Positions 44,186 to 53,495 of a stretch of 64,000 nucleotides of DNA are shown piece by piece. Position numbers and translations under genes: made by a program. Below the pieces are notes generated by a model. It was not told the DNA's origin. It did not search any database and saw only the letters and a list, made by a program, of their open reading frames with translations. How positions within the stretch are numbered: the first letter of the stretch is position 1; each line of letters opens with the position of its first letter. The DNA lies in contig JBEKVN010000013.1 in the NCBI GenBank assembly GCA_049513915.1, positions 78,265-142,264 on the forward strand, written 5' to 3'. Origin of the DNA: Candidatus Aminicenantales bacterium (GTDB taxonomy: Bacteria; Acidobacteriota; Aminicenantia; Aminicenantales; Saccharicenantaceae).

Positions 44186-44963
44186 GCCTGTTCGCCGGCT
44201 GGAATTCGGGGCAAGAGGGCGGCTTGACACCGAGATAGACAACCGCGATGCCGCCGGACAGCCGGCGGAAGAGGACGTCGTCGAAGCCTGCCTCCCTGAT
44301 ATTCTCTGCTATTTCCTCTGGCGCCGGGAAGACCCGGATGGACTCGGCCAAATAGCGAAAGGATCCTCCCCCGCGGCAGATCAACCGTCCCGCGAGCGGC
44401 ATCCAGCAAAAAGAGTAGGCGTGATAAAGGGCGCGGAAAAACCGGTTAACGGGGAGGGAGAACTCGATGACCATCAGTTTTCCTCCCGGCTTGAGGACGC
44501 GCAGGAACTCGCCGAGGCCTTTTGCGGGATGGGCCAGGTTGCGGAGGCCGAATCCGATGGTCACGGCGTCGAAAGTCCCGCCGGGAAAACTCAGATCCTC
44601 GGTATCGCCCTGGACGAAGCCGATCGGGGCCCTGGCCGCCGGCCCGCGGGCCCGGCTCTCGCCGACCTCCATCATGGCCCGGCTGAAATCATAGACCACG
44701 ACCTGGCCGGCGGGACCGGCCGGGCGGGCGACGAGCCTGGCCAAGCCCGCCGTTCCGCCGCAGGCATCCAGAACAAAGTCCCCTTCCCCGACGCCCAGGA
44801 GGCTCACCGCGTTCTTCCGCCAGCGGGAATCGAGTCCGAAACTCAGCACCGTATCGGCGAAGTCGTAGGCCCGGGCGATTTCGTCGAACTCGGCCCGGAC
44901 GAGGCGCTTTTTTTCGGCCGGAGTGACCTCCCGGTATCCGAAAGGGACTGTTTCTTTGGTCAA
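44160..44963 (-). CDS. ubiE: class I SAM-dependent methyltransferase, UbiE/MenG (demethylmenaquinone / ubiquinone C-methyltransferase) family
   Basis: VLDACGGTAG motif I (written in read direction). Family length and motif spacing. 3-prime end overlaps the convergent M16 gene. Confidence 0.7.
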   Translation of the reverse strand: MTKETVPFGYREVTPAEKKRLVRAEFDEIARAYDFADTVLSFGLDSRWRKNAVSLLGVGEGDFVLDACGGTAGLARLVARPAGPAGQVVVYDFSRAMMEVGESRARGPAARAPIGFVQGDTEDLSFPGGTFDAVTIGFGLRNLAHPAKGLGEFLRVLKPGGKLMVIEFSLPVNRFFRALYHAYSFCWMPLAGRLICRGGGSFRYLAESIRVFPAPEEIAENIREAGFDDVLFRRLSGGIAVVYLGVKPPSCPEFQPANRPISSGRGS

Positions 44964-45112
44964 CGCATCTCCCGGCCGCAGTTTCCACGGTCCTGCACTG
45001 GGTCCTAATATAGAGGATTACCGGCCCCGACTAAAGACTTTTCGTTCTTCGGCGATCAACCCGGGAGCCGGCCTTGAATTCGCCCGGGGGCTCTGCTATA
45101 AGCAGGGGGTGG

Positions 45113-45202
45113 GGAAAATGGGGACGGTCCTGTTTTTCCGGCTGCATCCCAAGCGAGACTTCTCTTGCTTATATAAGGAAAAACAGGACCGTCCCCATTT
45201 TC
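45113..45202. repeat. family B hairpin element copy 2 (arms GGAAAATGGGGACGGTCCTGTTTTTCC / GGAAAAACAGGACCGTCCCCATTTTC)
   Basis: Arms at 45113-45139 and 45177-45202 around a 37-nt loop similar to copy 1. Preceded by TTGAAT-17-TATAAG at 45075-45103. Confidence 0.6.
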
Positions 45203-45267
45203 AGTCCCCATTTGCAGACCCCGGCTCCGGGGATACGCCCGCTCCGCAGCGCGAAAGGGAGGATCCC

Positions 45268-48075
45268 ATGAAACAGCGCAATCCATCCCGTCAGGCGGGG
45301 ATCTTCGCCTTTTACGCCTTCATTGCTCTTCTCCTAGTCGCGCCCCTGCCGGTCCGGGCCGCGGCCAATGACCTCCAGTATCTCGAGCTCGCGACGCGCG
45401 ACGGCCTCGCCGTGCGCTCTTACCAGGTCTCGAGCGGCGAAATGTTCATCCTTCCCTCCTCCCGGCCGCTCTTTTCGGTCAGGGTCGACAACGTCCTCGT
45501 CTCGACGCTTGACGCGAAGGTCAGCCAGGAGCAGGACGTCATCGCCGCCCGTCTGACCGACGGAGTCACGGGACGCTTCCGGGTCGGCCGCCGGTCCGAC
45601 CGGGGCTGGAGGATCGACATCGTATTCGAAAACGGCTCCAAGAAGCCCGTCGTCCTCGAGAACATCGTCCCCTTCGGCGAAGACCCGCGGGACATCTTCA
45701 TCACCGGCTACGGGCCGCCGGCCCTGGCCCGGGCGGGGCTCTTCCGCCCGGGGAAAAAGCCGGTCAGCGTGATCCTCCCCGATAACGCTTGGGAGCTGGG
45801 CTACGGAGCGGTCGAGCGGCCCGGAGGTTATTCTCTCTGCGGGCTGGCCCGGCGCGGCAAGGGCGCAAAAGCCGAACTCCGGCGCTACCGGACGGTCCTC
45901 GAACCCGGCGGAACCGTTGAATACACGATCTACGCCGACGTCTACTCCGGCGAGTGGCAGGACGGGCTCCGGGCCATGTTCCACGGACGCCGGCTGTTCG
46001 ACCTCGAGAAGTTCGACCGCGCCCTCTACGACCGTCCGGACCTCGCCTGGGTCAGGAAGAGTTTCGTCATGGTGCTGCAGATGGCCTGGGACCGGGAGTT
46101 TTTTGACCGGACGAGCGGCCGCTACGAAATCGAGCCGTTCCTCGAAAAGAGCCGCGCGGTCCTCGGCGGTTACGACGTTTTCGGCATCTGGCCGACCTGG
46201 CCCCGGCTCGGGCTCGACGACCGGAACCAGTGGGACCTCTATCGCGATCTCCCGGGCGGTCTCCGGGGACTGCGTGAGCTCGCCGATCTCGCCCACAAGC
46301 GAGGCACGAAGTTCTTCGTCGCCTACAATCCCTGGGACACGGACACGCGGCGGGAAAAACCCTTCGAAGGGATGGCCGGCCTCATCCGCGATCTCGATGC
46401 CGACGGAGTCGTTCTCGACACCATGGGCGGGTCCACCAAAGAGGCCCAGAAGGCTGCCGACAGCGTCAAACCCGGGGTCATTATGTACAGCGAGGGCATG
46501 CCGGTTCCCGCGGACATGCCCGATATCGTCGCAAGCCGCGTCCACGACGCGCTTGTGCTATCGCCCGTCCTCAACCTCAACCGTCTCATCGAGCCGGAGT
46601 TTACGATCTTCCGGGTCGCCCAGCTCGCCGACGGAGAGCTCCATCGCGAGGTGGCCGTCGCCTTCTTCAACGGCTACGGCGTCGAGCTCAACGCCTTCAA
46701 GGCCGGACGTCCGGACTGGGTCGCGCCGGACCTGCGGACCCTGGGCCGGGCGGCCATGATCCTGAGGGCCAACGCGTCCGTGCTGAACACGCCGGCGTGG
46801 ACGCCGCTCGTCCGGACGCTCGAAGACGGCGTCTGGGTCAACGAATGGCCGGGGGGCGGCAAGACGATTTACACGATCTATTCGGAAGAACCGGCGGGAT
46901 TCGAAGGTCCCCTCTTCTCCGCGACGGCCGGCGGCGGCAGCCATTTCGTCGACCTCTGGAACCACGCCGAGGTCGAGCCCATCGTCGTCGACGGCGAGAG
47001 CTCGGTGCCGGCCTCGCTCCCGCCCTACCCCGCCTCCGCTTCGGGGACGCGGCGCGAAGGCGCCATCGGCTGCGTTGGCCGCTTCGAGAAAGCATTGGAA
47101 GCCGCAATCGACGGGGACGTGCTCAGGCTGAAGTCCTCGCGCGGGGACAGGATCCTGGTCTGGCGGGGAAATCCCTCCTACGAAAAAAGGCCCGAATCGC
47201 TCGAGGCCGGAGCATGGGCCCGGCCCCTCGCGGGGCTGCTCGGCTCCTACCGGGGAAAAATCGTCATCCAGCTCATGGATGGGACCGAGCTGCTGGACGA
47301 GCGCGTGCTCACCATCGAGCCGGGGACACCGCTTAGGACGAGCCCGGCCGAGAAGACGGAGCCCGCGGCCACCGCTCCTCCGGGGATGGTTGATGTCCCC
47401 GGCGCCGACTATGAATTCCGCGTGAACAAGGCCGATACGTTCATTCCCCTGCCGGATTTTTCGAGGCCGCGCAAGGTCGCGGTGGATCGTTTCTTCATGG
47501 ACGCGCGGCCCGTGACCAACCTGGATTTCAAGCAGTTTCTGGATGCCACGGGATACAGGCCCGCCGACGCCGCGAACTTCCTCAAGCACTGGACGGGCGG
47601 GAAGATCCCGGCCGGCCAGGCCGATTATCCGGTCGTCTACGTGAGCTTCGAAGACGCGAAAGCTTACGCCAAGTGGGCCGGAAAGCGCCTTCCCACGGAG
47701 ATCGAGTGGCAGTATGCCGCCCAGGGCACGGACGGCCGGACCTGGCCGTGGGGGAAGACGTTCACGAAAGGGGCGTGCAATGACGGCCTCGGCCGGGCCA
47801 CGCCTGTCAACGCATTCCCCCGGGGGAAAAGCCCGTTCGGGGTCCTCGACCTCGTCGGGAACGTCTGGCAGATGACGGCCGACGTTTACGATACGTCAAG
47901 CTATACCTACGTTATCATCCGCGGCGGCAGCTTCTGGGACCCGACTTCGAGTTCCTGGTACCTGAAGGGCGGCCCGCAGCCCTTGGACGAGCACCAGGTG
48001 CTCCTGCTCGTGTCCCCGGGCTTCGACCGCAGCCCGAACGTCGGATTCCGCTGTGTCAAGGACGCGACCCGCTGA
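45268..48075 (+). CDS. secreted multidomain protein: N-terminal glycoside-hydrolase-like TIM barrel plus C-terminal FGE-sulfatase (SUMF1/formylglycine-generating enzyme-like) domain
   Basis: Signal peptide at MKQRNPSRQAGIFAFYAFIALLLVAPLPVRAAA; ORF-track start 44923 rejected. C-terminal 300 aa has FGE-sulfatase hallmarks (VSFEDAKAYAKWAGKRLPTEIEWQYAA, GNVWQMT, RGGSFWD, NVGFRCV). Confidence 0.65.
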   Translation: MKQRNPSRQAGIFAFYAFIALLLVAPLPVRAAANDLQYLELATRDGLAVRSYQVSSGEMFILPSSRPLFSVRVDNVLVSTLDAKVSQEQDVIAARLTDGVTGRFRVGRRSDRGWRIDIVFENGSKKPVVLENIVPFGEDPRDIFITGYGPPALARAGLFRPGKKPVSVILPDNAWELGYGAVERPGGYSLCGLARRGKGAKAELRRYRTVLEPGGTVEYTIYADVYSGEWQDGLRAMFHGRRLFDLEKFDRALYDRPDLAWVRKSFVMVLQMAWDREFFDRTSGRYEIEPFLEKSRAVLGGYDVFGIWPTWPRLGLDDRNQWDLYRDLPGGLRGLRELADLAHKRGTKFFVAYNPWDTDTRREKPFEGMAGLIRDLDADGVVLDTMGGSTKEAQKAADSVKPGVIMYSEGMPVPADMPDIVASRVHDALVLSPVLNLNRLIEPEFTIFRVAQLADGELHREVAVAFFNGYGVELNAFKAGRPDWVAPDLRTLGRAAMILRANASVLNTPAWTPLVRTLEDGVWVNEWPGGGKTIYTIYSEEPAGFEGPLFSATAGGGSHFVDLWNHAEVEPIVVDGESSVPASLPPYPASASGTRREGAIGCVGRFEKALEAAIDGDVLRLKSSRGDRILVWRGNPSYEKRPESLEAGAWARPLAGLLGSYRGKIVIQLMDGTELLDERVLTIEPGTPLRTSPAEKTEPAATAPPGMVDVPGADYEFRVNKADTFIPLPDFSRPRKVAVDRFFMDARPVTNLDFKQFLDATGYRPADAANFLKHWTGGKIPAGQADYPVVYVSFEDAKAYAKWAGKRLPTEIEWQYAAQGTDGRTWPWGKTFTKGACNDGLGRATPVNAFPRGKSPFGVLDLVGNVWQMTADVYDTSSYTYVIIRGGSFWDPTSSSWYLKGGPQPLDEHQVLLLVSPGFDRSPNVGFRCVKDATR

Positions 48076-48102
48076 TTCTCTTAAGAAAGAGGATTGCGCG
48101 GG

Positions 48103-48170
48103 AGGGCCGAAGGGGAATGGCCGGAACGTCATGTGCGGCTTAGCGCAAGACGCACTCTGGAGTGGAGGCC
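48103..48170. repeat. family C conserved leader block, copy 2 (uninterrupted)
   Basis: GGCCGAAGGGGAATGGCCGGAACGTCATGTGCGGCTTAGCGCAAGACGCACTCTGGAGTGGAGGCC. Matches the two halves of 29208-29400 that flank its insertion. Confidence 0.45.
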
Positions 48171-48222
48171 ATCCCCGAGGCCCTTTCAAAGACGCACAGT
48201 CACGAGACCCGTCCGACCTTTC

Positions 48223-48251
48223 TTGAGCCCGGCGCGAGCGCTGTGTATAAT
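48223..48251 (+). promoter_or_regulatory. sigma70-like promoter TTGAGC-17-TATAAT upstream of M16 peptidase
   Basis: -35 at 48223-48228 and -10 at 48246-48251. Paralogous to the promoter at 29407-29435. Confidence 0.45.
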
Positions 48252-48281
48252 GGGCTTTTCAATCTCCCTGGAGGTGACGGC

Positions 48282-49607
48282 ATGCCGAAAAAAACGTGGC
48301 TCACGATCCTCTTCCTGTCAACATTCGCCCTGTCCCTTTCGGCGGCGTTCAAGAAGGAGGATGTCAAGGTCTACCAGCTCGCGAACGGGCTCAAGGTCCT
48401 CCTCGTCGAGGACCATAACATCCCCAACATCGCCCTCTACACGTTCTTCCGCGTCGGTTCCCGCAACGAGCGGCCCGGCCTAACGGGCGTGTCCCACTTC
48501 ATCGAGCACATGATGTTCAACGGAACGCCCAAGGTCGGGCCCGGCGAGTTCGACCGGCGCATGGAATTCCGCGGCGGGTCGAACAACGCCTATACGGCGG
48601 ACGACATGACGGGCTACACGGACTGGTTCCCGGCCCCGGCCCTCGAAGCCATGATCGACATGGAGGCCGACCGGATGCAGGGCCTGGCCTTCGTTCCCGA
48701 CGTCCTGGAGTCGGAGCGGGGCGTCGTCGCCTCCGAGCGCCGGATGGGCGTTGAAAACAACAACGACTCGATCCTCAACGAGAACGTCCGGGCCACCGCC
48801 ATCATGGCCCACCCGTACCACTGGGACGTCATCGGCTGGATGAGCGACATCCTGAGCTGGCGCCGCGACGAGGTGATCGCCTATTACCGCACATACTACG
48901 CGCCGAACAACGCTATCCTGGTCGTCGTCGGCGACTTCGAGCCGGCCAAAACCCTGGGCCTCATCAAGAAATATTACGAGCCGATCAAGGCCTCGATCGC
49001 GCCCCCCTCCGTTTCGACGGTCGAACCGCCCCAGATGGGGCCCAAGAGCGTCCTCATCCGGAAAGAAGCGCAGGCGCCGTCGTTCATGGTCGTCTGGCAC
49101 GCCCCGAACGCCAAGGATGCCGATTTCCTGCCGCTTTCGATCCTGGCCAAGCCGCTTCTCCAAGGCGAGAGCAGCCGCCTCTACCGGCGTCTGGTCCGCG
49201 AAGAGCAGCTCGCGATCCGCGTCGGGGGCGGAGCGCAGGAGACCATCGACCCCTTCCTGTTCACGATCGACGTCAAGCCCCGGCCGGGCGCCGACTTCGA
49301 CAAGATCGACCGGGTTATCGAGGAAGAACTGGCCAAGATCAAGAACGAGGGGATCACGCCGAAGGAGTTCGAGAAGGCCATGAACATCGTCCGGAACGAT
49401 TTCTACATGGGCCTCCAGACGATCTCCGGAAAGGCCAACCAGCTCGGCGCCTATGAGCTTCTCTACGGCGATTTCGGAAAGCTCTTCACCATCATGGACG
49501 ATTACGCGGCCGTCAAGATCGAAAGGGTGAAGGAGGTCGCGAAGAAATATCTCACGGAGAATAATAAAACGATCGGGAAGCTCGTCCCCGAGGGAGGTGC
49601 CAAGTGA
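48282..49607 (+). CDS. M16 family zinc peptidase, catalytic subunit (second pair)
   Basis: Signal peptide at MPKKTWLTILFLSTFALSLSAA; ORF-track start 48162 rejected. HFIEHMMFNG HxxEH motif. Confidence 0.85.
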   Translation: MPKKTWLTILFLSTFALSLSAAFKKEDVKVYQLANGLKVLLVEDHNIPNIALYTFFRVGSRNERPGLTGVSHFIEHMMFNGTPKVGPGEFDRRMEFRGGSNNAYTADDMTGYTDWFPAPALEAMIDMEADRMQGLAFVPDVLESERGVVASERRMGVENNNDSILNENVRATAIMAHPYHWDVIGWMSDILSWRRDEVIAYYRTYYAPNNAILVVVGDFEPAKTLGLIKKYYEPIKASIAPPSVSTVEPPQMGPKSVLIRKEAQAPSFMVVWHAPNAKDADFLPLSILAKPLLQGESSRLYRRLVREEQLAIRVGGGAQETIDPFLFTIDVKPRPGADFDKIDRVIEEELAKIKNEGITPKEFEKAMNIVRNDFYMGLQTISGKANQLGAYELLYGDFGKLFTIMDDYAAVKIERVKEVAKKYLTENNKTIGKLVPEGGAK

Positions 49608-51004
49608 AAAAGCTCGCCCTGACAGGTTTCGCGCTTGTTCTGGCCGCCGTCCTGGCCGCCCCGGCGCCGCTCGCCGCGGCCGCCCAGCTGCCGGCGCCGG
49701 AAAAGCTCGTCCTCAAGAACGGAATCACGGTCTATTTTCTCAAGAACTCGGACCTCCCGATCGTCAGCTTCCGGATGGTCGTCCGGGGCGCCGGGTCGGC
49801 CTTCGAGCCGGCCGCGGCCGAAGGCGCGGCCAACCTGGCCGCGACCCTGATGATGAAGGGCACGGCCAAAATGGACGCGGACGCCGTCGCCGAAGCCCTC
49901 GATTTCATGGGCGCCAGTCTCGGCATCTCCGCGGCCGACGAGTACGCCCAAGTCAGCGGCGACAGCCTTTCCCTGCACTTCCCGCGCCTCATGGAGATCG
50001 CCGCGGACTGCCTCACGGCCCCCGCCTTCAAAACCGAGGAGTTCGCCAAGGAGCGGGCCCGGAGGATCGACAGCCTCAAGTCCGCCAAGGACAATCCAGG
50101 GGCGGCGGTCCGCTATTACTTCCAGAAGGCCTACTTCGGCGGCCACCCGCTCGGCCACCTGGCCACGGGAACGGAATCGTCCCTGCAGAAGATGACCCTT
50201 CAGGCGGTCAAAGACTTCTACGCCCTGCATTTCCGGCCCGACACGGCCATCGCGGCCGTCGTCGGCGACATCGAAAAGGACAAGCTCGTCGCCCTCCTCG
50301 AATCGACGGTCGGCCGCTGGGCCAAGCCCGCGAGCGCCGCGCCGTCCGACGTCATCCCCGCTCTGCCGCAGCCGAAGGGCAAGACACTCCTCCTCGTCGA
50401 TAAGCCCGACGCCACCCAGGCCTATTTTGTCCTGGGCGCGCCCGGGTACGCCATGGGAGACAAGGTGACGCCTCAGGCCGCGGTCATGAACACGCTATGG
50501 GGCGGACGGTTCACCTCCTGGCTGAACACCGAGCTCCGGATCAAGCGCGGGCTGACCTACGGCGCTTCGAGCGCGTTCCGAACCTGGGTCGCCGGCGGGA
50601 TTTTCACGGCCAGCTCCTACACGAAAAACGACAAGATCGGCGAGATGCTTGACATCACGTTCGGCCTCCTCGGGAAGGGCGCCAAAGAGGGGTTCGCGGC
50701 CACGGACATCGAGAGCAGCCGCAACTATATCCAGGGGCAGTTCCCCCCGACGCTCGAAACCAACGCCAGCAAGGCCGGGGCCTACGTCCGCGTGGCCTTT
50801 TATAATCTCGGCTTCGACTACTACGACAAGTACCTGGCCGCGATCGGGAACGTTTCCGTCGAAGCAGCCAAGGCCGCGGCGGCGGCCCTCCTGCCGCAAG
50901 ACGATTACGTCCTGGTCGTCGTGGGCAAGGCGGCCGACATCCGGCCCCTGCTCAAGAAATTCGGGACCTGGCAGGAAAAGAAGATCACGGACCCTGATTT
51001 TTAG
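49604..51004 (+). CDS. M16 family peptidase, non-catalytic partner (second pair)
   Basis: Signal peptide. M16 fold without HxxEH. Start overlaps the upstream stop. Confidence 0.75.
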   Translation: MKKLALTGFALVLAAVLAAPAPLAAAAQLPAPEKLVLKNGITVYFLKNSDLPIVSFRMVVRGAGSAFEPAAAEGAANLAATLMMKGTAKMDADAVAEALDFMGASLGISAADEYAQVSGDSLSLHFPRLMEIAADCLTAPAFKTEEFAKERARRIDSLKSAKDNPGAAVRYYFQKAYFGGHPLGHLATGTESSLQKMTLQAVKDFYALHFRPDTAIAAVVGDIEKDKLVALLESTVGRWAKPASAAPSDVIPALPQPKGKTLLLVDKPDATQAYFVLGAPGYAMGDKVTPQAAVMNTLWGGRFTSWLNTELRIKRGLTYGASSAFRTWVAGGIFTASSYTKNDKIGEMLDITFGLLGKGAKEGFAATDIESSRNYIQGQFPPTLETNASKAGAYVRVAFYNLGFDYYDKYLAAIGNVSVEAAKAAAAALLPQDDYVLVVVGKAADIRPLLKKFGTWQEKKITDPDF

Positions 51005-51122
51005 TTACCGCACGGGAATATTTGGTTCCCGGTGGGAATTCCCGTCAGCGCGTTTGCGCTCCGGAGAGGTCGGGGGTACAATTTAACCTCAGCGGTATTC
51101 CGCTCTTGAGGAGCAGTCATTC

Positions 51123-51983
51123 ATGAAAAAGACCGTTCTCCTGGCTCTGGCCGTTTCGTTTCTCGTCCCGGCGGCTCTAAGCCCCGGCCAGGCCGATAAG
51201 GTCTCCATCCGCTTCGGTCCCCAATCCGGGGCCGCCTTGACCTACTCCATCAACGGCCAGGTCAACGTCAGCGGCAAGGACTTCTTCGGCAAGGACCTGA
51301 CCCTGGACGCCGACGCCCAGGGCGAGATCCGGCTCAGCGTGATGAATTCATCGAACGACTCGGTCCTGGCCGGCCTGACCACCCCAGGCATCCAGGTCCG
51401 GGCCCAGCTCCCCGACCGGACGCAAACCCAGACCCTCAAAACGCTCGAGGGGAAATCCCTGGAGGTCTCCTTTAACCGGACCGGCAAGGTCATGGACATC
51501 CGCAATCCCGAGGCCCTGGCCCAGGAAAACGTGCTGAACTTTTCCATCCCCCAGATCCTCCGCGACTATTTCCCGGTTTTCCCGGCCCAACCCGTCGGGC
51601 CGGGGGACCAGTGGCGCGAAAGCCGCCGCATCACCCTTCCCTTTCAGGGCCTGGAGCTCCAGGTCAACCTGATCATCGAATACACGCTGAACGATATCCT
51701 CCCGTCCCCCGACGGGCGGAGGGCGGTCGTCTCGGCCGTCTACACGGTCAGCGTCTCCGGGTCCCGGGACCTGGGCGAATCCATGGGCGTCTTCGAAGGC
51801 CAAGGGTCGGGCACAGGATCCCTCGTCTTTCTCATCGACCGAGGCTATTTCACCGAATACCGGCTGGACCTCAGGACCGAGGCCGCATTCGTGATGAAAA
51901 AGGGCGCCAAGCGTCTGCTCGATATGCCCTTTTCCTTTTCTCTCCTGGCCGACGTCAACCTCATCGGCAACACGAGGCCGTGA
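51123..51983 (+). CDS. hypothetical secreted protein
   Basis: Signal peptide MKKTVLLALAVSFLVPAALSPGQA. No recognisable motif. Confidence 0.45.
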   Translation: MKKTVLLALAVSFLVPAALSPGQADKVSIRFGPQSGAALTYSINGQVNVSGKDFFGKDLTLDADAQGEIRLSVMNSSNDSVLAGLTTPGIQVRAQLPDRTQTQTLKTLEGKSLEVSFNRTGKVMDIRNPEALAQENVLNFSIPQILRDYFPVFPAQPVGPGDQWRESRRITLPFQGLELQVNLIIEYTLNDILPSPDGRRAVVSAVYTVSVSGSRDLGESMGVFEGQGSGTGSLVFLIDRGYFTEYRLDLRTEAAFVMKKGAKRLLDMPFSFSLLADVNLIGNTRP

Positions 51984-52024
51984 GCGCAGGCGGAGCGGCG
52001 CGCCGGACTTTTTTCCCCAACCAC

Positions 52025-52053
52025 TTGAATTTCCGGAAAAATGGGGGTATCAT
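52025..52053 (+). promoter_or_regulatory. sigma70-like promoter TTGAAT-17-TATCAT upstream of metK leader
   Basis: -35 at 52025-52030 and -10 at 52048-52053. Confidence 0.35.
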
Positions 52054-52061
52054 TTTTTTTT

Positions 52062-52245
52062 ACATCAGGAGAGGCTCGATCCTAACCGATCGGACCCGGC
52101 AACCTGGGGCGGACACCCGAGGTGCTCACTCGCCAGCGGCGAGGATGTGGTCGCGAAAGCGAACGCGGCAACCAAGTGTCCAACGGCCGACAAACCCGCC
52201 TTCCTGATGATAGAGAGGTGGGTTTTTTTGCGGCCGCGCATTGAC
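52062..52245 (+). promoter_or_regulatory. SAM riboswitch (SAM-I clan: SAM-I/SAM-IV-like) in metK 5-prime leader
   Basis: P1 strands CATCAGGAG (52064-52072) and CTTCCTGATG (52200-52209). Conserved core AGGAGAGGC...GGACCCGGCAACC resembles SAM-I ...AGAGAGGCGGAGGGA...GCCCGGCAACC. Followed by a hairpin plus T7 tract. metK lies directly downstream. Confidence 0.55.
52191..52228 (+). terminator. putative riboswitch expression-platform terminator (ACCCGCC...GGTGGGT + TTTTTTT)
   Basis: 7-bp stem with one G-U around a 16-nt loop, overlapping the P1 3-prime strand, followed by a seven-T run at 52222-52228. Confidence 0.3.
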
Positions 52246-52310
52246 CCGCCGCGACCCCACCTCCCCTGACCGATCTCCGAGACACCCGGCGTTCCGGAAA
52301 GGAGGCTTCG

Positions 52311-53495
52311 ATGGCCACCGATTTCGTTTTCACTTCGGAATCCGTGTCCGAAGGCCATCCCGACAAGATGGCGGATCAGATCTCCGACGCGGTGCTCGAC
52401 GCGATCCTGGCGCAGGACCCCGACGGCAAAGTCGCCTGCGAAACGATGCTCACGAAGAACGTGGCGATCGTGGCCGGCGAGCTGGGCACCGACGCCCGCA
52501 TCGACCCGGTGCAAATCGTGCGCGACGTCGCCCGGGAGATCGGGTACACGGACGCTCATTGCGGCTTCGACCACAAGACCTGCAAGGTCTTCACGTATCT
52601 CGGCCGGCAGTCGGCCGACATCGCCCGCGGCGTCGACCGGAGCGGCGGCGAGATCGGCGCCGGCGACCAAGGCCTGATGTTCGGATACGCCACCGTCGAG
52701 ACGCCCGAGCTCATGCCCCTGCCGATCCGCCTGGCCCACCGGCTCGTCGAAAAGCAGGCGGCGGTCCGCAAGGCCGGACTCCTGCCCTGGCTCCGGCCCG
52801 ACGCCAAGTCCCAGGTGTCCGTCCGGTACAAAAACAAGCGGCCCGTGGCCGTCGAGAAGGTCGTCCTGTCGACCCAGCATGACAGCGAGGTCAAGGACTC
52901 GACGATCCGCGAAGGTGTCATCGCCGAGATCATCGAAAAAGTCATCCCGGCCGAACTCCGGCGGGGGAACGTCGAATATCTTATCAACCCGACGGGCCGG
53001 TTCGTCATCGGCGGCCCCGTCGGCGACACCGGTCTGACCGGCCGGAAGATCATCGTCGATACCTACGGCGGCAGCTGTCCCCACGGCGGCGGCGCTTTTT
53101 CCGGCAAGGACCCGACCAAGGTTGACCGCTCGGCGGCCTACGCGGCCCGCTATATCGCCAAGAATATCGTGGCCGCGGGCCTGGCCGACCACTGCACGGT
53201 CCAGCTGGCCTACGCCATCGGCGTCATCGAGCCGTTCTCTCTCATGGTCAACATCCACAGCGGCGGCCGAATCAGCGAGCGGCAGATCGAAGAGGCCGTT
53301 CGCAAGATTTTCCGGCTGACGCCCAAGGGCATGATCGAGATGCTCGACCTCCGGCGGCCCATCTACCAGAAGACGGCGGCCTACGGTCACTTCGGGCGCG
53401 AGCTCCCGGAATTCACCTGGGAGCGGACCGACAAGGTTCAGGAGTTGCGGGCCTATTTCGGCTACGAGAGCCTGGACGCGCTCAGCCGATCCTGA
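52311..53495 (+). CDS. metK: S-adenosylmethionine synthetase
   Basis: Hallmark motifs [25 protein letters not shown] and [32 protein letters not shown]. Confidence 0.95.
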   Translation: MATDFVFTSESVSEGHPDKMADQISDAVLDAILAQDPDGKVACETMLTKNVAIVAGELGTDARIDPVQIVRDVAREIGYTDAHCGFDHKTCKVFTYLGRQSADIARGVDRSGGEIGAGDQGLMFGYATVETPELMPLPIRLAHRLVEKQAAVRKAGLLPWLRPDAKSQVSVRYKNKRPVAVEKVVLSTQHDSEVKDSTIREGVIAEIIEKVIPAELRRGNVEYLINPTGRFVIGGPVGDTGLTGRKIIVDTYGGSCPHGGGAFSGKDPTKVDRSAAYAARYIAKNIVAAGLADHCTVQLAYAIGVIEPFSLMVNIHSGGRISERQIEEAVRKIFRLTPKGMIEMLDLRRPIYQKTAAYGHFGRELPEFTWERTDKVQELRAYFGYESLDALSRS

